Shown: piece by piece, positions 1-55,496 of the stretch
Position numbering within the stretch: position 1 is the first letter of the stretch
How the letters are laid out: each line of letters begins with the position of its first letter
Translations under genes and position numbers: made by a program
From: Lama guanicoe
Lineage: Eukaryota
Assembly (NCBI GenBank): GCA_013239625.1
Contig: MU053934.1
Span: 4,110,399-4,174,398 of the forward strand
Direction of reading: 5' to 3'
Length of the DNA: 64,000 nt
Notes under the pieces: model-generated
Told to the model about the DNA's origin: nothing
The model's database searches: none
What the model saw: the letters and a program-made list of their open reading frames with translations, nothing else

Positions 1-2432
1 CTTGGTGACCTCTCTGTGGATGAACCATAAAGACATAAACTGAAACAGATTTAAACACCAGTGCAATCAAGAGAATGAAGAAGGGAATCCCCATGATTAT
101 ATGAACAGTCTAGAAATCAACCACTTAGAGTGAAGCAGGTCAGAAGGCTGGGAAATGAAGGTGAAATTGATAAGACTATATAAAGTGTCTGAATGTACTA
201 GGAGATTATACAACCAATTTGGAGAATTTAGAGATAAACAATGATAAGTACATAAAAAAAAAAAAGAAAACAGGCAGATTAAAGAGACTTAGTTCCAGGG
301 GTAGCAAAACATTCTGCAAGAAAATAAAAATAACCAAAGTATACTCTATAGCTCAGGGCAATGGTGTTGACTGTACACCAGTGCTGATTAATGATCCAAC
401 CAAACTCACAACAGAACACGGAGAGGATGGGAAATGGGAAGTGTGTGCATGTGAGAGAGAACCTAGTCGTTACCTTTCCTAGTGGGAATTCAATAAGCAA
501 TGCCTAACACTGGAAAAGCAAGGAACCAGAGCACCATGGTAATTTAGACATATGGAGGAAAACAAACACCAAAACACCAGTTAAGAAAGTGAAAGGGGGT
601 CTGGAGGAGTGCAATTTTTTGTAACAAGCTTTGTAGAAATATTAATTCGTTAATTTAATAAGCCTATATTATGCTTTGCATCAGTTAATCCAATCAGTTA
701 ATTTAATATGTACTTATGTATTACTTTACATCAGGCACTGTTCTAAGTGCTTTACAAATGTTAACCAGTTTAATCCTCATAACAACCTTCTGCTATACAT
801 ATTATCATTCCCATTTTACAAATAAAGAAACGGAGACGTACAGAAGTTAAGTAAGTGCTCAAGGTTACACAGTTAGTAGGTCTTGGAGCTGAGAGTAAAA
901 CTCAGGTGGTCTGATCCAGAGCTGCCTCTCTAGTTGATTCTTAAAGGATGAATATGTATTACTTTAATTAAAATAAAAACAAAAATTTAAAAATCTATAT
1001 GTGACCTTTTAAGAGGATTTATTCCTAACTTTATGAGTATAGAGGCAAAGTTCTAAATGTAATCAGTTATTTTTTCTATAAGCAATTAACTGAAGCAGAA
1101 TGTTAAACACAAATTAGCTAATTTTCAATTCCCTCACCAAGAATTCGCTGAATTCCTACTATGTGCCAGCCACAGGAGCAGGTGCAGGAGACTCAATGCT
1201 CAATGAGAAAAGGTCCCTGAACTTGGGAGACTCACTGTACACGAAGGGAGACAGACAACTGTATGACTACAGTAGGACATATTTAGTAGATTATGTTTGG
1301 AAAAGAATGGAATACAAAATAGGCAATCACAGGGTAGTCTGGGGAGATTTCCTGGAGATGATGACCTCTGAGCAGGGCTTTACAGGTCAGACAGGAGTTA
1401 GCCAGACGATAAACTGTCTAAAGTATGTTCATGGAAGAGGAAAGACCAGTAAATACTCGTTAAAATGAACGGAATTGATTGGTCTCCTCTTCCATTCTGA
1501 AACACATGTCAAAACAATAGTATTTAAAGCCCCTCTTAACCTGGAGAGCTATAGCCCAAGCCAATGGGGTGCAAACCATGCTGCTAAACTCCAGTATCAG
1601 TGGTTGTTTCTCTAATCAAAGGAAAATATGAATTGATAAGACTTTCTTCATATTAAGCTTACCTTTTAAGCCTTCTCTTAAAAATAGTTAGATAGTAGTC
1701 CAGGCCCTGGGGTCTGACAGCTGGTTTCAAATCTGCCGGCTCGACTCCTTACCAAATGTGAGAGCCAGGGCAACAGTCACTAAACCTCTCTGAGCCTCAG
1801 TTGCCTCAGTTGTAAAATGAGGACAACATCCCGTATCTCACAGAGTGCTGTGAGAATTAAATAATACACGGATCATGCTTAGAACAAAGGCCTGGCAAAC
1901 ACAGCTCTGTTGTGTGCCACTGCTGAAGGTGATAATGAATAACTAAAAGTTACAATTAAGAAAAAAAATGAGTTGTAATTTCCTAACATATTATGTGTTG
2001 TGTTATTTTAAGATAACTTGGCAGCTATACCAAAGATTCATATTTTATGCTAGTCAATAGTCCTTTATTTGGGTGCCAGAATTTTAAATGGTAATATTTT
2101 TATGGGTTTCTGCAAAGAGCACTATGACTTCTGGTTGTCCTGTCCCCGACAGATGGCAGAATCAAGGCTCTGAGCTAAAGAAAATGCCCCAAGTACGTCA
2201 GCATCTGATCCTTTACCCTTCAGTCCATCTGCGCTTTAAGTTGGCTTCGTCCTCTATTCTAGAGCAGTAAGTATGTGAAACAACTATTGGATTGTTTTCT
2301 CAAAAATGGGTCTGTCCCAAACCTCCCAGTTCCAGAATGTTCCAACATAGTTCCTTGCTCTGCTTTGGGCTCAGCAAGTTTTCATGTTACAAGAGGTCTG
2401 AGAGCTTTGAAGAGAAGTATTTAACCCTGATC

Positions 2433-2453
2433 TGTGTGTGTGTGTGTGTGTGT
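2433..2453 (+). repeat. (TG)n microsatellite
   Basis: Seen directly in the sequence. Confidence 0.9.
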
Positions 2454-3984
2454 CAGGGAAAGCATCCTGGAGGAGATATTATTTGTACTGACTCTGAAGA
2501 AGCAGCAGGAGCTGGCTGGGGAAGGAGGCCAGGGGTGGGAGGGAGAATTTCCTGCAGAGAAAGAAGCTGTGCCAAGCAAGGCCTGGAGGCTGGAAGAGCC
2601 TGGCCTCTTAATGCAGCTGCAAGGGCTCAGTGTGGCTTGAAAGGTGATTGGAAGTGGTGGGTGGAGACAGAGGTGAGGTGAGCAGGGCCTCCTCATGAAG
2701 GCCTCTAGTCTAAGAGTTTGGATTTTATCCCTAGGATCTTTAGGGGTTGAGAAGAAATTTCAGGTTTTAAGCAAAGGAGTAGCAATGATGAGATATGGAT
2801 TTTTGAAAGAGACCCACAAGGAGCCTGGGATAACTGTTGGAACATGCCTAGCACAGGGCCAAGACCGCTTCCCTTCAATTTCCTTTCCAGTGTTTGGAAC
2901 AGAAAAAGCAGGGTATGGCCTTCTTCAGGCTCCTTAAAGTCTGGGGTCACCAGTTCTTAGTGATCTCTGAAAGAGGCGTGGAGGGGGACTGTGTCCCATC
3001 TGAATGTGGAACTCTTCGACTTTGGAGGCTTTTCCCTATGAATAAGAACTTATATATTTTCTGGAACATCAGTATTTCAGTGCCCCACGACGGGTAAGCA
3101 CAGGGTAAGGACTGCCCTAAGGGGTGAGAACCTGGCTGGTCCAGACCAGTGCTCTCAAGGAGGCATGCTTGAAGGCCTCCTGGATTAAGGAATGGAAGAA
3201 GCTTTATGAAAATAATGATATATTGCCTCTAAATTATTGACAAGTTCTATGCTAAGCTTTTTATATGGGTCAGCTATTTTACACAAAGCAATCCTCCACA
3301 TGTTTTATGGCCAAGGAAATAGGCCTAGAGAACTTAGGTGACTTAACTGAAAGTCACAGAGAGGGCAGGGCAAAGATTCAAAACCCCAGATCTATTTAGA
3401 GTCACAGCTCCTTCTACTGCTTCTTCTTTTCCTGTGGGGGAGACTAAAAGGTAACTCCCTTACCTGTTTAATTTTTACCTGGAGTTCATCCAGAGTAGTC
3501 ATCCCTGACCACAAGATGGATCCACAATGGATCCATTATCGGAGAAGATGTTGGAACTTCTATTTATATACTCTTATCTCATTCTTCTTAATTTCTATTT
3601 TCTGTATAGTGTATATGTTATATTAGCATAGAACTATATATATTATTTCTGAATAATTAATATATTATTAGGGGCTAAGTTCTCATAAATGCTTTACTAA
3701 GAGAGATGCAGTTCAGGAAAGCTTGGGGATTACTAATCAAGAGGTGTAGCCAAGGTTCCATGAAGAGGTAAATATTTGTGGGAGACTTTGCAAATCCCCC
3801 AAGATACATACATACTCTCTTCATGAAGCCCACTATCTGCCACCAGGACTTTTAAAATCCAAATATGGCCACATAGTTCCCTGTGTAAAATCTTTCATGG
3901 CTCCCCATGACTTAGAAAATAAAGTACTTCATGGAAATCCCTTCTCCAGGCTCACCTCTCCTGGAGCCCCTCCCATACTTTCTT

Positions 3985-4070
3985 TTTTTTTTTTCCTCTT
4001 TTTTTTTTCTTTTTTTTAACATTTTTTATTGATTTATAATCATTTTACAGTGTTGTGTCAAATTCCAGTG
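3985..4070 (-). mobile_element. Extremely 5'-truncated young L1 3' end with a 16-bp TSD
   Basis: Poly(T) plus the reverse complement of the L1 tail seen at 7085-7143; TSD CCTCCCATACTTTCTT at 3969-3984 and 4071-4086. Confidence 0.85.
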
Positions 4071-4826
4071 CCTCCCATACTTTCTTGACCTCTTGCCACA
4101 TTACTTCCTGCTTCTGAGCCTTTGCCTCTGCTGCTCCATCTACTGAGAATGCCAATCTCTTGCCTCGTTCCCCGCCTTCTACCTGGCAAACACCTTCTTA
4201 CCTTTTTTAGATTCAGGTCAAGGGACACCACTTCCATAAGGTGTGTCTGCACGGCTCCTAGGCCGGCTGCTGCGTTCTTTGTCCCCTTTATCTAATAGCA
4301 CCTCCGGAACTTATGGGATTTATTTGTTGATATATCTGCCTTCTATTGACCAGACTGTGAGCCCCTCGAGAATAGGTACTGTGCCTTATCTACTGTTATT
4401 TACCCGGGATCTGCTGCAGGAAACTTTTGAAACCTCTCCAAATCTGGGCTTATTGCTGTAGAAAATGCACTGGATAATCTCTAGCTCATACGACTGTTAT
4501 GAAGGTTAAAATGAGGTCATGTTTAGCTTAATGTTGGCACAGAGTGAACAGTTAGTAAACGATAGCCATTATTATAATTCAGTGTTGTAAGCTATAATAT
4601 TTTAAGTAAAATAATGGGTAAAAGAGTAAATGCACAAATAAATGTGGTGACCTAAGCAAAAAACTCCCCACTCATGCTTTTCACTCAGCTTAGGAAAAAC
4701 TATAGTAGAATCTTTCCCCTACCCTGGGAATAGATTTCTATTTCTCAGCCTTTGGCCACAATTTTCTTTTTCTCCTGTTGTTGTTCTTCCCTACCTGGTA
4801 GCATAAGTATCAGAGATTCTGTAGTT

Positions 4827-47343
<42,517 letters not shown>

Positions 47344-49481
47344 TTAAGAGCCTCTCATTCCTCACTATGATCTTGCTCTCTTCCAGCGTCCTGGAAATCA
47401 CAAATAGCACAGAATCGTCTTAGAAAGCACAACCATGCTCATCTTGTAAGCAAGGCTAATGGCAAGGCATATGCTGCATGTGACACAAGGAATAAAGGCT
47501 TTTGTCTGAGAAGCTCATTCTTAACTGAGGACTTCGAGGCATATATACTTTTTGCTTTCTATCTGCTGATCCCTCCCCTCAACCCCTAAATATTCCAGTT
47601 TTAAAAATAAGGAGACTAGAGTGCTGAAAAGGCTGGGGTTCCAAACCATGCAGCAAGCCAGTTTCCAAATTAGAAATCCAATCAAATCTCTTGGCTTCTC
47701 TGAGCCTCACCAATAAAGTCAGAGATTTGGATTTAGGTCCCTAAGACCCTTTTCAGCTCTCAGATGCTGTGATTCTATGATACTGGGTCCATCTAGTCAG
47801 CATGAGGTTCCTGATCTACCTGAGGCTTTCTGCTCCCTCTTAGAAAACTGGCCCCATCACTACTCTTCCTCCTGGATTTGGAATAACCTGGCCAGACTGC
47901 TCTCCTGGGTCTTTGCTTATTGGGCAAAAGGAGTTCATCACCACCATCTGTGGATCCTCCGTGTCCAGAGCCTGGTGGTATAAGCCTGGTTATAATGAAG
48001 TAAAAGATCAGATCTACCTTCAAGAAGCTTATACATGTGGAAAGAGAGAGAAAAGGTAGAGTTTGGTGGGAAAATTAATCAAGACAGTGCCCTTTCACCA
48101 GTCTCCTTTCCTGTTCTTTGGTTCACGCCTTCTGCTCGGCCCTCTTCTCCCTAGCCAGGCATCCTATATACCTGCCCCACTGAACTTCCTCCTGGTCCCT
48201 GCCACACTATGCTCTTTGTGCATCTAAGCCCTTGTACATGCTGTTCCCTTGATTCAGTGCTCAGCCTAGGTGACATATCTTTTGGAAAACCTTCTTGATT
48301 TACTCCGGTACCACCCCTTCTCTGTGAAGCCCAGGATTTTGCTTTCAACTCTCTATTCCAGCACTTACGATACTGAACTAGAATTATTTGCTTCTACATC
48401 TTTCTCCATTAAGCAAAGTACTCCCTAGGAATCAGGCTCACTCAATTTTTGATTCCATTTTTAACTCACTCACCACACTTCTTTCTAGTTCAAAGAGGCT
48501 CTCCATTTTGGGCTGTCGCAAGTCAGGTGGATCATAGGAAAGGCTGGCCCAAGTCCACGTCAGTACTATTTCCTTCCTCCCTCCTGCTCTTAGCTTTTAG
48601 CCGCACAAGCAATGGGGAGAGAGTAAAGAGGAGGCAGGTGCGTTTTAGCGCTTCTCACTTTCCTCTCACACATCCCTCAGCATGGCTGGAAAACTACAAC
48701 ACGTTTTCTGAAAAGCCAGGCTTAGGAGGACCCTGCTAAGAAGCCTCTTGCTTTAGGTTAACATTATTACTTATGTCTAATGACAGAATTGAATATTCTG
48801 CTTCTTAAGAGAAATGTTTAAAATACTCCATTCCCTTCTGAATTTTTCATCATACCATTTTAGGTTAAGTATTCTCTGAAACATGGTAAGTTTTTAGGTC
48901 ACTATTTGGGGAGGAAAAAAGGATGAGGGAGAAAACTAACTTCCCTGAATATCTACCCCATGCCCAGCACAGTGCTGTGGACGAGCGGCAGATGAGTGGA
49001 AGAGGAAGAAATGTCTTGCCCTCATGGAGCACATATTCTGGCAGCTGAGATTTAAAGTTAACACGTTTTAACTTAAACATGTTAAACAAGTTAAAACAAT
49101 ACTGACCTTGGAGTCAGACAGACTTTTTGTTCAGGTCAACCTTCTGTCATTCAATGACTATTTACAGAGTGCCTCACACAGCCATCAAGTGTCCCTGCTG
49201 GGGACAGGATGGTGAATTAAACCAGACTTGATCCCTGGCCTAAGGAAGCTTATGTCTAGTAGGGGTGACATGTGATAATCAATTACATACATAATCATGA
49301 ATTACAATGGATCACTGCTTCAAGGGGAGGGGGACACAGTGCTGTGAGACAATGTAACAGTGGGTACTGACCTAGTCAAAGTGGTAAAGATTTGAAGAAC
49401 GAGCAGGAATTAATTAGATAAATGGGGAGGAGATATACCATCCAAGCTGAGGGGCACAAGAGTAGAAAGACAGGAAAAGTC

Positions 49482-49778
49482 TAGACCTGTGCCTCACAGT
49501 GGCCACTAGCCACGTGTGACAATTGAGCCCTTGGAATCTGACTGGTGTGACTGAAGAATTAAAATTTAAAAACTGAAGCAGAATAAATTTTAAAATATTG
49601 ACTGTATGTTGAAATTATCATATCTGGGACATATGAGTCAAGTAAAATATTCAAATTAATATCACCTGATTTTTTTAATTAAAAAAATATGGCTACCAGA
49701 AAATTCTAAATTACATTTGGCCCACATTACGTTTCCATTGGACTGTGCTGTGTTAGACCATGTGGTTTGGTTCCAGAA
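49482..49778. mobile_element. MER3/MER33-like hAT-Charlie relic
   Basis: GCCACTAGCCACGTGTG and GGCTACCAGAAAATTCTAAATTACAT motifs. Confidence 0.65.
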
Positions 49779-50073
49779 CATGGAACTCTCTTCCCTTTCC
49801 AATGAAGTGAGGTGCAATTGGAAGAAAACTGCACTTGGAGCCAGAGACCCATGGGTACTGACCCTCGTTGGATGCATGACCTAGTGCACTCACCAGGCAC
49901 CAAGTAAACATCCCCCAGATGACCCTGAGTTTCTTCATTTATCAAATGGAACCAATAATACACACTGTTAGGATTTTAGGAAATGTGGAGTTGATTTGTC
50001 GAGTAGTTCTCTGCCCCTGGCTCACTGTGCGACCGTGAAGAGGCAGAGAGGGGTCACTATTTGTTGGTCTTAC

Positions 50074-50350
50074 CTGAAGACATCTGCAGAATCCGACGAA
50101 CTCGGGGCCGATTCCGCCTTGGGTCCCTCACGGGGCACTGCAAAGTTCTGGATGGGACACTAGACACCCTTTGCCCCCAACCAGGAAGGCGTGCCCTTTG
50201 TTTTGTGGCGCGGGAGGAGGAAGGAGGGGCTTTGGGGAGAGGCTCATTTTGCTGCTGTGAGTCCTTAAGTTCTCCAGGCAACGCCGGGCGCAGCCAACAC
50301 CCCCACCCTTCCCACAACAATGGAAGCTTCGCAGCCTCCGCGCGTCCGCC
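50074..50350 (-). other. FAM227A: Probable non-coding first exon of FAM227A (5' end approximate)
   Basis: Strong minus-strand donor CAG|GTAAGA at 50074/50073 on the edge of the CpG island; the TSS cannot be determined from sequence. Confidence 0.55.
50269..50282. promoter_or_regulatory. RFX X-box-like GTTCTCCAGGCAAC
   Basis: 14-bp X-box spacing with a perfect GGCAAC half-site. Confidence 0.5.
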
Positions 50351-50357
50351 GGACGCC

Positions 50358-50371
50358 GTTACCACGGTGAC
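50358..50371. promoter_or_regulatory. RFX X-box GTTACCACGGTGAC
   Basis: Near-palindromic match to the X-box consensus GTYRCC-N2-GGYRAC. Confidence 0.65.
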
Positions 50372-50609
50372 CGCCCCGGACCGCCTGGGAGACCAGACCA
50401 AGGGGTTTGTGGAGGGGGTGAGTGTTGTTCCTTGTCCTAGCCGATAGCATGGAGAGTGAAAATGACTCCAGAAGACACTGCCTTTATGGAGTCTATTAAA
50501 TATATCGAGGGACACCTTCAAGAGTTTCTGGTGCTTCGTGTAGGCTCGCGTTGGGGACCGCGCCGCGCCGGGAACCCCCACCTCCCTCGGTGGTCGAGCC
50601 CGGCGGGGC

Positions 50610-50635
50610 TGCGCGTGCGCATGCGCGTGAGCGCG
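50610..50635. promoter_or_regulatory. Overlapping NRF1 motifs (TGCGCGTGCGCATGCGCG)
   Basis: Palindromic GCGCATGCGC at 50617-50626, overlapped by TGCGCGTGCGCA. Confidence 0.75.
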
Positions 50636-50649
50636 GCGGGTTGGTGGGC

Positions 50650-50750
50650 AGCGGCCGGCTGTCGCGGTCGTGGTGGGTAACGCGGCCCTGGATGGCACCT
50701 TGCGGTTGGCCGGCGAGTTAGCTTGGAACCCGGCTTCTGGGGCGCATCAG
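50650..50750 (+). other. CBY1: CBY1 non-coding exon 1 (5' end approximate)
   Basis: Donor CAG|GTACGT at 50750/50751 just downstream of the NRF1 site; next acceptor CCCTAG| at 55380. Confidence 0.65.
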
Positions 50751-53609
50751 GTACGTCTCCGAACCTTGCGTCGTCCGAGGGCCCGAGGGCCCTAGGCGAG
50801 GTAGGATGCCCGGGCGCTCCCCAGGGGACCCAGGGCCTCCCCACAGCTGGAGCGGCCGGAGGGCGCGGAGCAGGGGGCGGGCACCGGGTTCACCGCAAGC
50901 CCGTCACCGCCCTTTTCGAAGTGTGTTTCCTAGTTTGTAAATTGGGGTGGTGATTAACCCCGTAAGTCAGCGACGAAGGTGATTAATGAGGGCGCGCGAA
51001 TGAACGTTTGTTCACTACCGTTAGTTGAGTTGACAGCCCTGGGTGGCAGTGTACCTGCGTGACGCGTACTTGGCAGTCTCTGAACTCTGGGGGACGCGTA
51101 ATCTCTTTGAGAATCCAATGAAAGCCACAGACTGCTTCCTCACCTTCTTGTTAGGTTAAAATAATATAATGTACTTTATGGCAAACTGTGAAGCATTGCA
51201 CAGTAATGAAGTTGTTATTAGCGCAGAGGAGTAGACCCTATTTGAAGCCAAGTTCCACCACTTTCCCAGGGTGTAATTGGAGGCAAGTTACTTAACTTCT
51301 CTAAGCCTCAGTTTTCTGATCTGTAGACGGAAACAAACTACTTGATCTTCTGCCAGGTTTGTTGTATCAAATGCCACAGTTTTTTTAAATAAACGGTAAA
51401 GCACAGAACAGCCTCTGAGTGGGTACTATTGTTATTTATCGCTGACTATAAATAAAGAAGCCTGAGGCCGAGGGAAGGTAAGTGCTGGGAGTGAGCAGCG
51501 GGTGGTGGTTGGAACCCGTGTGCTCTCCCTTCACTTCCTTTATGCTGAGCCCTCTCTCCCCAGGGAGCTTCACTGGCAAGAAGGCTTCTTGGGCCAAGAG
51601 GAGCTGGGACCTCTAGGTCTTCATTAGTGTTCCAGGACCCCAGGGCCTCAGCTGTTTGTGGGAGTAGTGGATCTGACTTAAAAGGCAGCTAGGCCAGACC
51701 CTTCCTTTCCCTCATCTATAATATGTTGATATCTGTTCTTGGCTTAAGTGTTATGAGAATTAGTGAGGTCATGAGTGAAGTGCCCTGGTTAAAACCTGGA
51801 GAAATAAAATAACTTGGGCAAGGTTTAGCAGACAGTTGAGGAGCAGAGCCAGGCCTGGAGCTTGTCTGTTGTGTCCCAGTGATCTGCTCAGGCTTAGTGC
51901 TCTCAGCACAGTTGCGGCCTTTGCAAGAACAACTTGGCTTATTTTTCCTTCCTCAAATGCCTCCAGATGCTTGAGAGGGGTGGGGGGCTGCTTTTTATTT
52001 GGTTTTTTGTTTGTTTGGTTGATTTTTTTCATAAGTAATACATGAGTATCATAATAATTCATTAAATCCAGAAATATATTTCTTTAATATAATTTTATAT
52101 TGTGATATGAAATTGCCACTATTTGGCCTTTTTTTTTTAACCTATAAAATGGGAAATTCAGTTGCCATCTAGTAGTCCCTTGTAAGAATGTGCCACAGTG
52201 TATTTGGCTACACCAACCATTGGTAGACATTTTGGGTTGTTTCTTATTTTTCACTGTTATCAACAATAGAGAGCATTTGTGTGCGCATGTCCAATTCTTT
52301 CTGGAGCAGAAATGTTTACAAGTAGATTTCCTGGCCAAAAAGTTTACACATTAAAAATTTTGCTAGGTTTTGCCTAGTTGAAAAAACGATAGCATTTTAT
52401 GTTTCCACCAAGAGTAGATGAAAGTGTCTTTTTCTCCACACCCTCATCAGCATTGGATATGGTTGATCTCTTAAGTTCTGCCAACATGTTAAATGAAAAT
52501 GCTTCTTTGTATGATGTACTCCACAAATTATTAATACCAAGATAATTTAATATATATCTTTGGCCAACTGACCATGGCTATGGATCTTGGGAAAACTGGA
52601 TAAGTTCTCCAAGCCCTAGCTTTCTCTTCTCTGTTTTGGACAGGAAAATAACTACCTTGTGGGCTTGCTGCAAGGAATAGAAGAAATACATGAAGTATAC
52701 TCAGCATTGGGTCCAATCCATAGTGGATATGCAGGAAACAGTGTTAGTTATTGTTATTGTGACCTTTTCTTTTTTGTGTTAAAATCCTTCCTGAACATTG
52801 TCGTTTCATTCCTGTTCTGCCCTCTGTAAACATAAGATTAATTGTCTTCCCTCTTCCACCCTTTTTCTTTTCTCCAGCAGAAACAATGCCAGGGCCTTCC
52901 GCTGTGTTTTGGATGATATGGTAGCACAGCTTCAAAATCCCTCAACATCCTGGTCCCCACTGCTGTCCTGTCCACCACCAAGCCGAAAGCATTCTGGTTT
53001 GTCCAAGTCTTAAAGTGTTGTGTCCCAGCCCAAATACTTTCTCCCAGGTTGTGGGTCTTCTGCGTTTTTAATCACACACACACACACACACACCAGTAAA
53101 ACTCTCATGAGCACACACCCCAAATGTCTTTTTTGTTGTTGTTATTTATAAATGTATATATATATGTGTGTATTGTAAAGTTTCCGAAGAAGCTTCTAAA
53201 CTTTTATCATTAATTTTAGCAACTAATTTCTGCATCACTGAAAAAGGCACAGAAGTTTTCCTAGTGTTCTCATTGAATATATATCTCACTAATTGTGAAG
53301 AATTCCTACCATGAGTTATCTTTTAACGATAGTTGATATAAAACCTTGTTTCAGAGAGTCTTGAGAAGGTCCTTCTTGTTTGGCCAACTGCTTGTCAGAA
53401 ATGATAAACTCATTCTTGTTTTTATCTCATAATATGGTGAAGGAGAATTTTGTAGCACAGAGTGGGAAAAGTGAGAGCGAAGCTCTGCTGCTCTCCTTTG
53501 CTCTCCTGTGCTTTCATTGCTGCCGTTGTCAGTCTGCAGTTTCTTAGAAGGAATCTTTTTAAACTATTTGTGTATTATATGTTAAAATTGGGTGATAATA
53601 TGGGAAGAA

Positions 53610-54670
53610 ATGAACTGTGACTCCTGTCTCATACCACATATAAAAGTTAATTCCAGATGAATTGTAGCTCTAAATGTAAAAGATGAAAGAATAAAATCTC
53701 CAAGTTAATACATGAAAAATATGATCTCAGACTAGGCAAGAGTGTCTTGAATAGGACACAAAATCACTATCAGTAAAACAATTGATAGGTTAGATCCCAT
53801 TAAAATTAAGAACTTCTTTAATCAGAAAGAAACCAGAAAGAAAACAAAAAGGAAAATCCCAGATTGGGAGAAGACAGTTTCAGCATTCTTTGTGTAGACA
53901 ACACAGGACATGTATTGAAATAAATATTGAGAACCTTTACAAATTAAGAAGAAAATAATTGACAACCCAATAGAAAAATGGCAAAAGACTTGTACGAGCA
54001 TGTCATGAAAGAGAGTTTGCAAATGTCCAATGAGTACATGAAAAGATGCTGCATTTAATTAGTTATTGGAGAAAAGCAAATTAAAAACAATGCAATACCA
54101 TTACATACCTACCAGAATGGATAAAATGAAACAGAAGATGCCAGATGTTTACAAGGATCTCTCATACACTGTTGGTAGGGGTATGGATTGGTACAGCCAC
54201 TTTGGAAAACTATTCCCAGTATCTGCTAAAGCTGAATATATGAATGCTCTATGACTCAGCAGTTCCACTCTTGGTATAGAACTAGAGAAGTATGCTTATA
54301 TATGCAGAAATGCATGTCCAAGCATGTTCTTAGCAGCACTGTTTTTAATAGACAAAAACTGAAAACAGTCCAAACATCCACTTCATGCAGTAGAATATTT
54401 TACTGCAATGGGAACAAACCAAATACAACTGCATACAACAAATTTCACAACATGATATTGATTGAAAAATACAGACACAAAAGAAGACATGCTGTCCAAG
54501 TCCATGGATATAAAGCTGTTGGGCTAGGCCTGTGGGTGATAAAATGTCTTGTCTCTTGATCTGGCAGGTGGCTACACAGGTTTGTGTGTGTGTATGTGGT
54601 GAAAACTCATGAAGACCAACACTTGTGATTTGTATTCTTTTATATATTTATGTGATACATAAATACACTT
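53610..54670 (+). mobile_element. Old L1 3' region in CBY1 intron 1
   Basis: Degenerate ORF2 C-terminus (YHYIPTRMDKMK, DWYSHFGKLFPVS). Confidence 0.8.
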
Positions 54671-55418
54671 CTCCACCCCACTGCTTCTCCACTCCCACTC
54701 CCCCTGTGGGCGGTGTCAGTAAATCGACTTAACTGGGCCTGTGTGAATTGCAGTAGGTTACAGTGTGCTGAAGGCAGACATCTGGCTGCCATTGTCAGTT
54801 CTGCCATATTGTGGGCCTCCTCCCACCAGTCACCTCCCCTACCATATAAGACAGGTAACTTTCTGACATAGACTGAGTGAGGGGCACTGTTACCAAGCTG
54901 AAAGTGAAGGATAGCTATAGCTCCGTTTCTTTAAAATGGAGGTTATGTAGAAGCTGTTGCCCCAGGAGTGAGTCTTACCAGTGTCCAGGAATAAGTGGGA
55001 TTGTATACCTTGCTATGGACTGTAATCTGGTGATGCCAGTTTGTGACAAAACTTAAGACAGGCAAGTAGGCACTTGCCTGGAGTTAACAAACTGTAGAGC
55101 CACAGAGACCTGTGTTCAAATTCTAGCTCCCACTTAGGACCTTAGTCTTTCTAAACTTCATCTGTCAGATGGGTGTAAGGAGTTAAACAAAGGGCAGTGT
55201 GAGAGCTGAGATGTTGCAAAGGCTGTGGCATGCTGCCTGGCACATAGTGAGCATTCAGCGCGTGGGAGCTGTCACAAGAATTAATGGCCACATGATAAGA
55301 TGTGTGTTTTCTTGATTCAGGGACAGTGGCAGAAGGTCACTCACCCAACTCTTTGTACCCCTGACTTTTTCTGACCCTAGGAGAAAGGAGCATTGACCTT
55401 CCTTTCATCAGGTCAGAG

Positions 55419-55496
55419 ATGCCTCTCTTTGGTAATACATTCAGTCCAAAGAAGACGCCCCCTCGGAAGTCGGCTTCTCTCTCCAACCTGCATAAT
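55419..55496 (+). CDS. CBY1: CBY1 coding exon 1 (exon starts at 55381); contains the 14-3-3 motif RKSASLS
   Basis: ATG at 55419, 26 codons, AAT|GTGAGT donor. Confidence 0.96.

Larger units (their letters stand above)
50090..51100. promoter_or_regulatory. CpG island / bidirectional promoter for FAM227A and CBY1
   Basis: Sharp rise in GC and CpG content between two divergent splice donors (50073 on -, 50751 on +); contains NRF1 and RFX motifs. Confidence 0.9.

Noticed and set aside
3390..3445. Third CCCCCACAG|GAAAAGAAG acceptor-like site resembling the last two FAM227A exons
   Set aside because: The match is only about 20 nt and is followed by MIR sequence; probably chance.
47820..48027. Possible extra 5'UTR exon of FAM227A (pyrimidine tract plus AAG acceptor, CAG|GTAGAT donor)
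   Set aside because: Splice signals are mediocre and there is no frame or homology constraint to test, so it cannot be supported without transcripts.
50057..50698. 213-aa minus-strand ORF and other overlapping ORFs in the CpG island
   Set aside because: The start is non-ATG and the composition is low-complexity Pro/Arg/Ala, typical of stop-poor GC-rich promoters. No recognisable domain.
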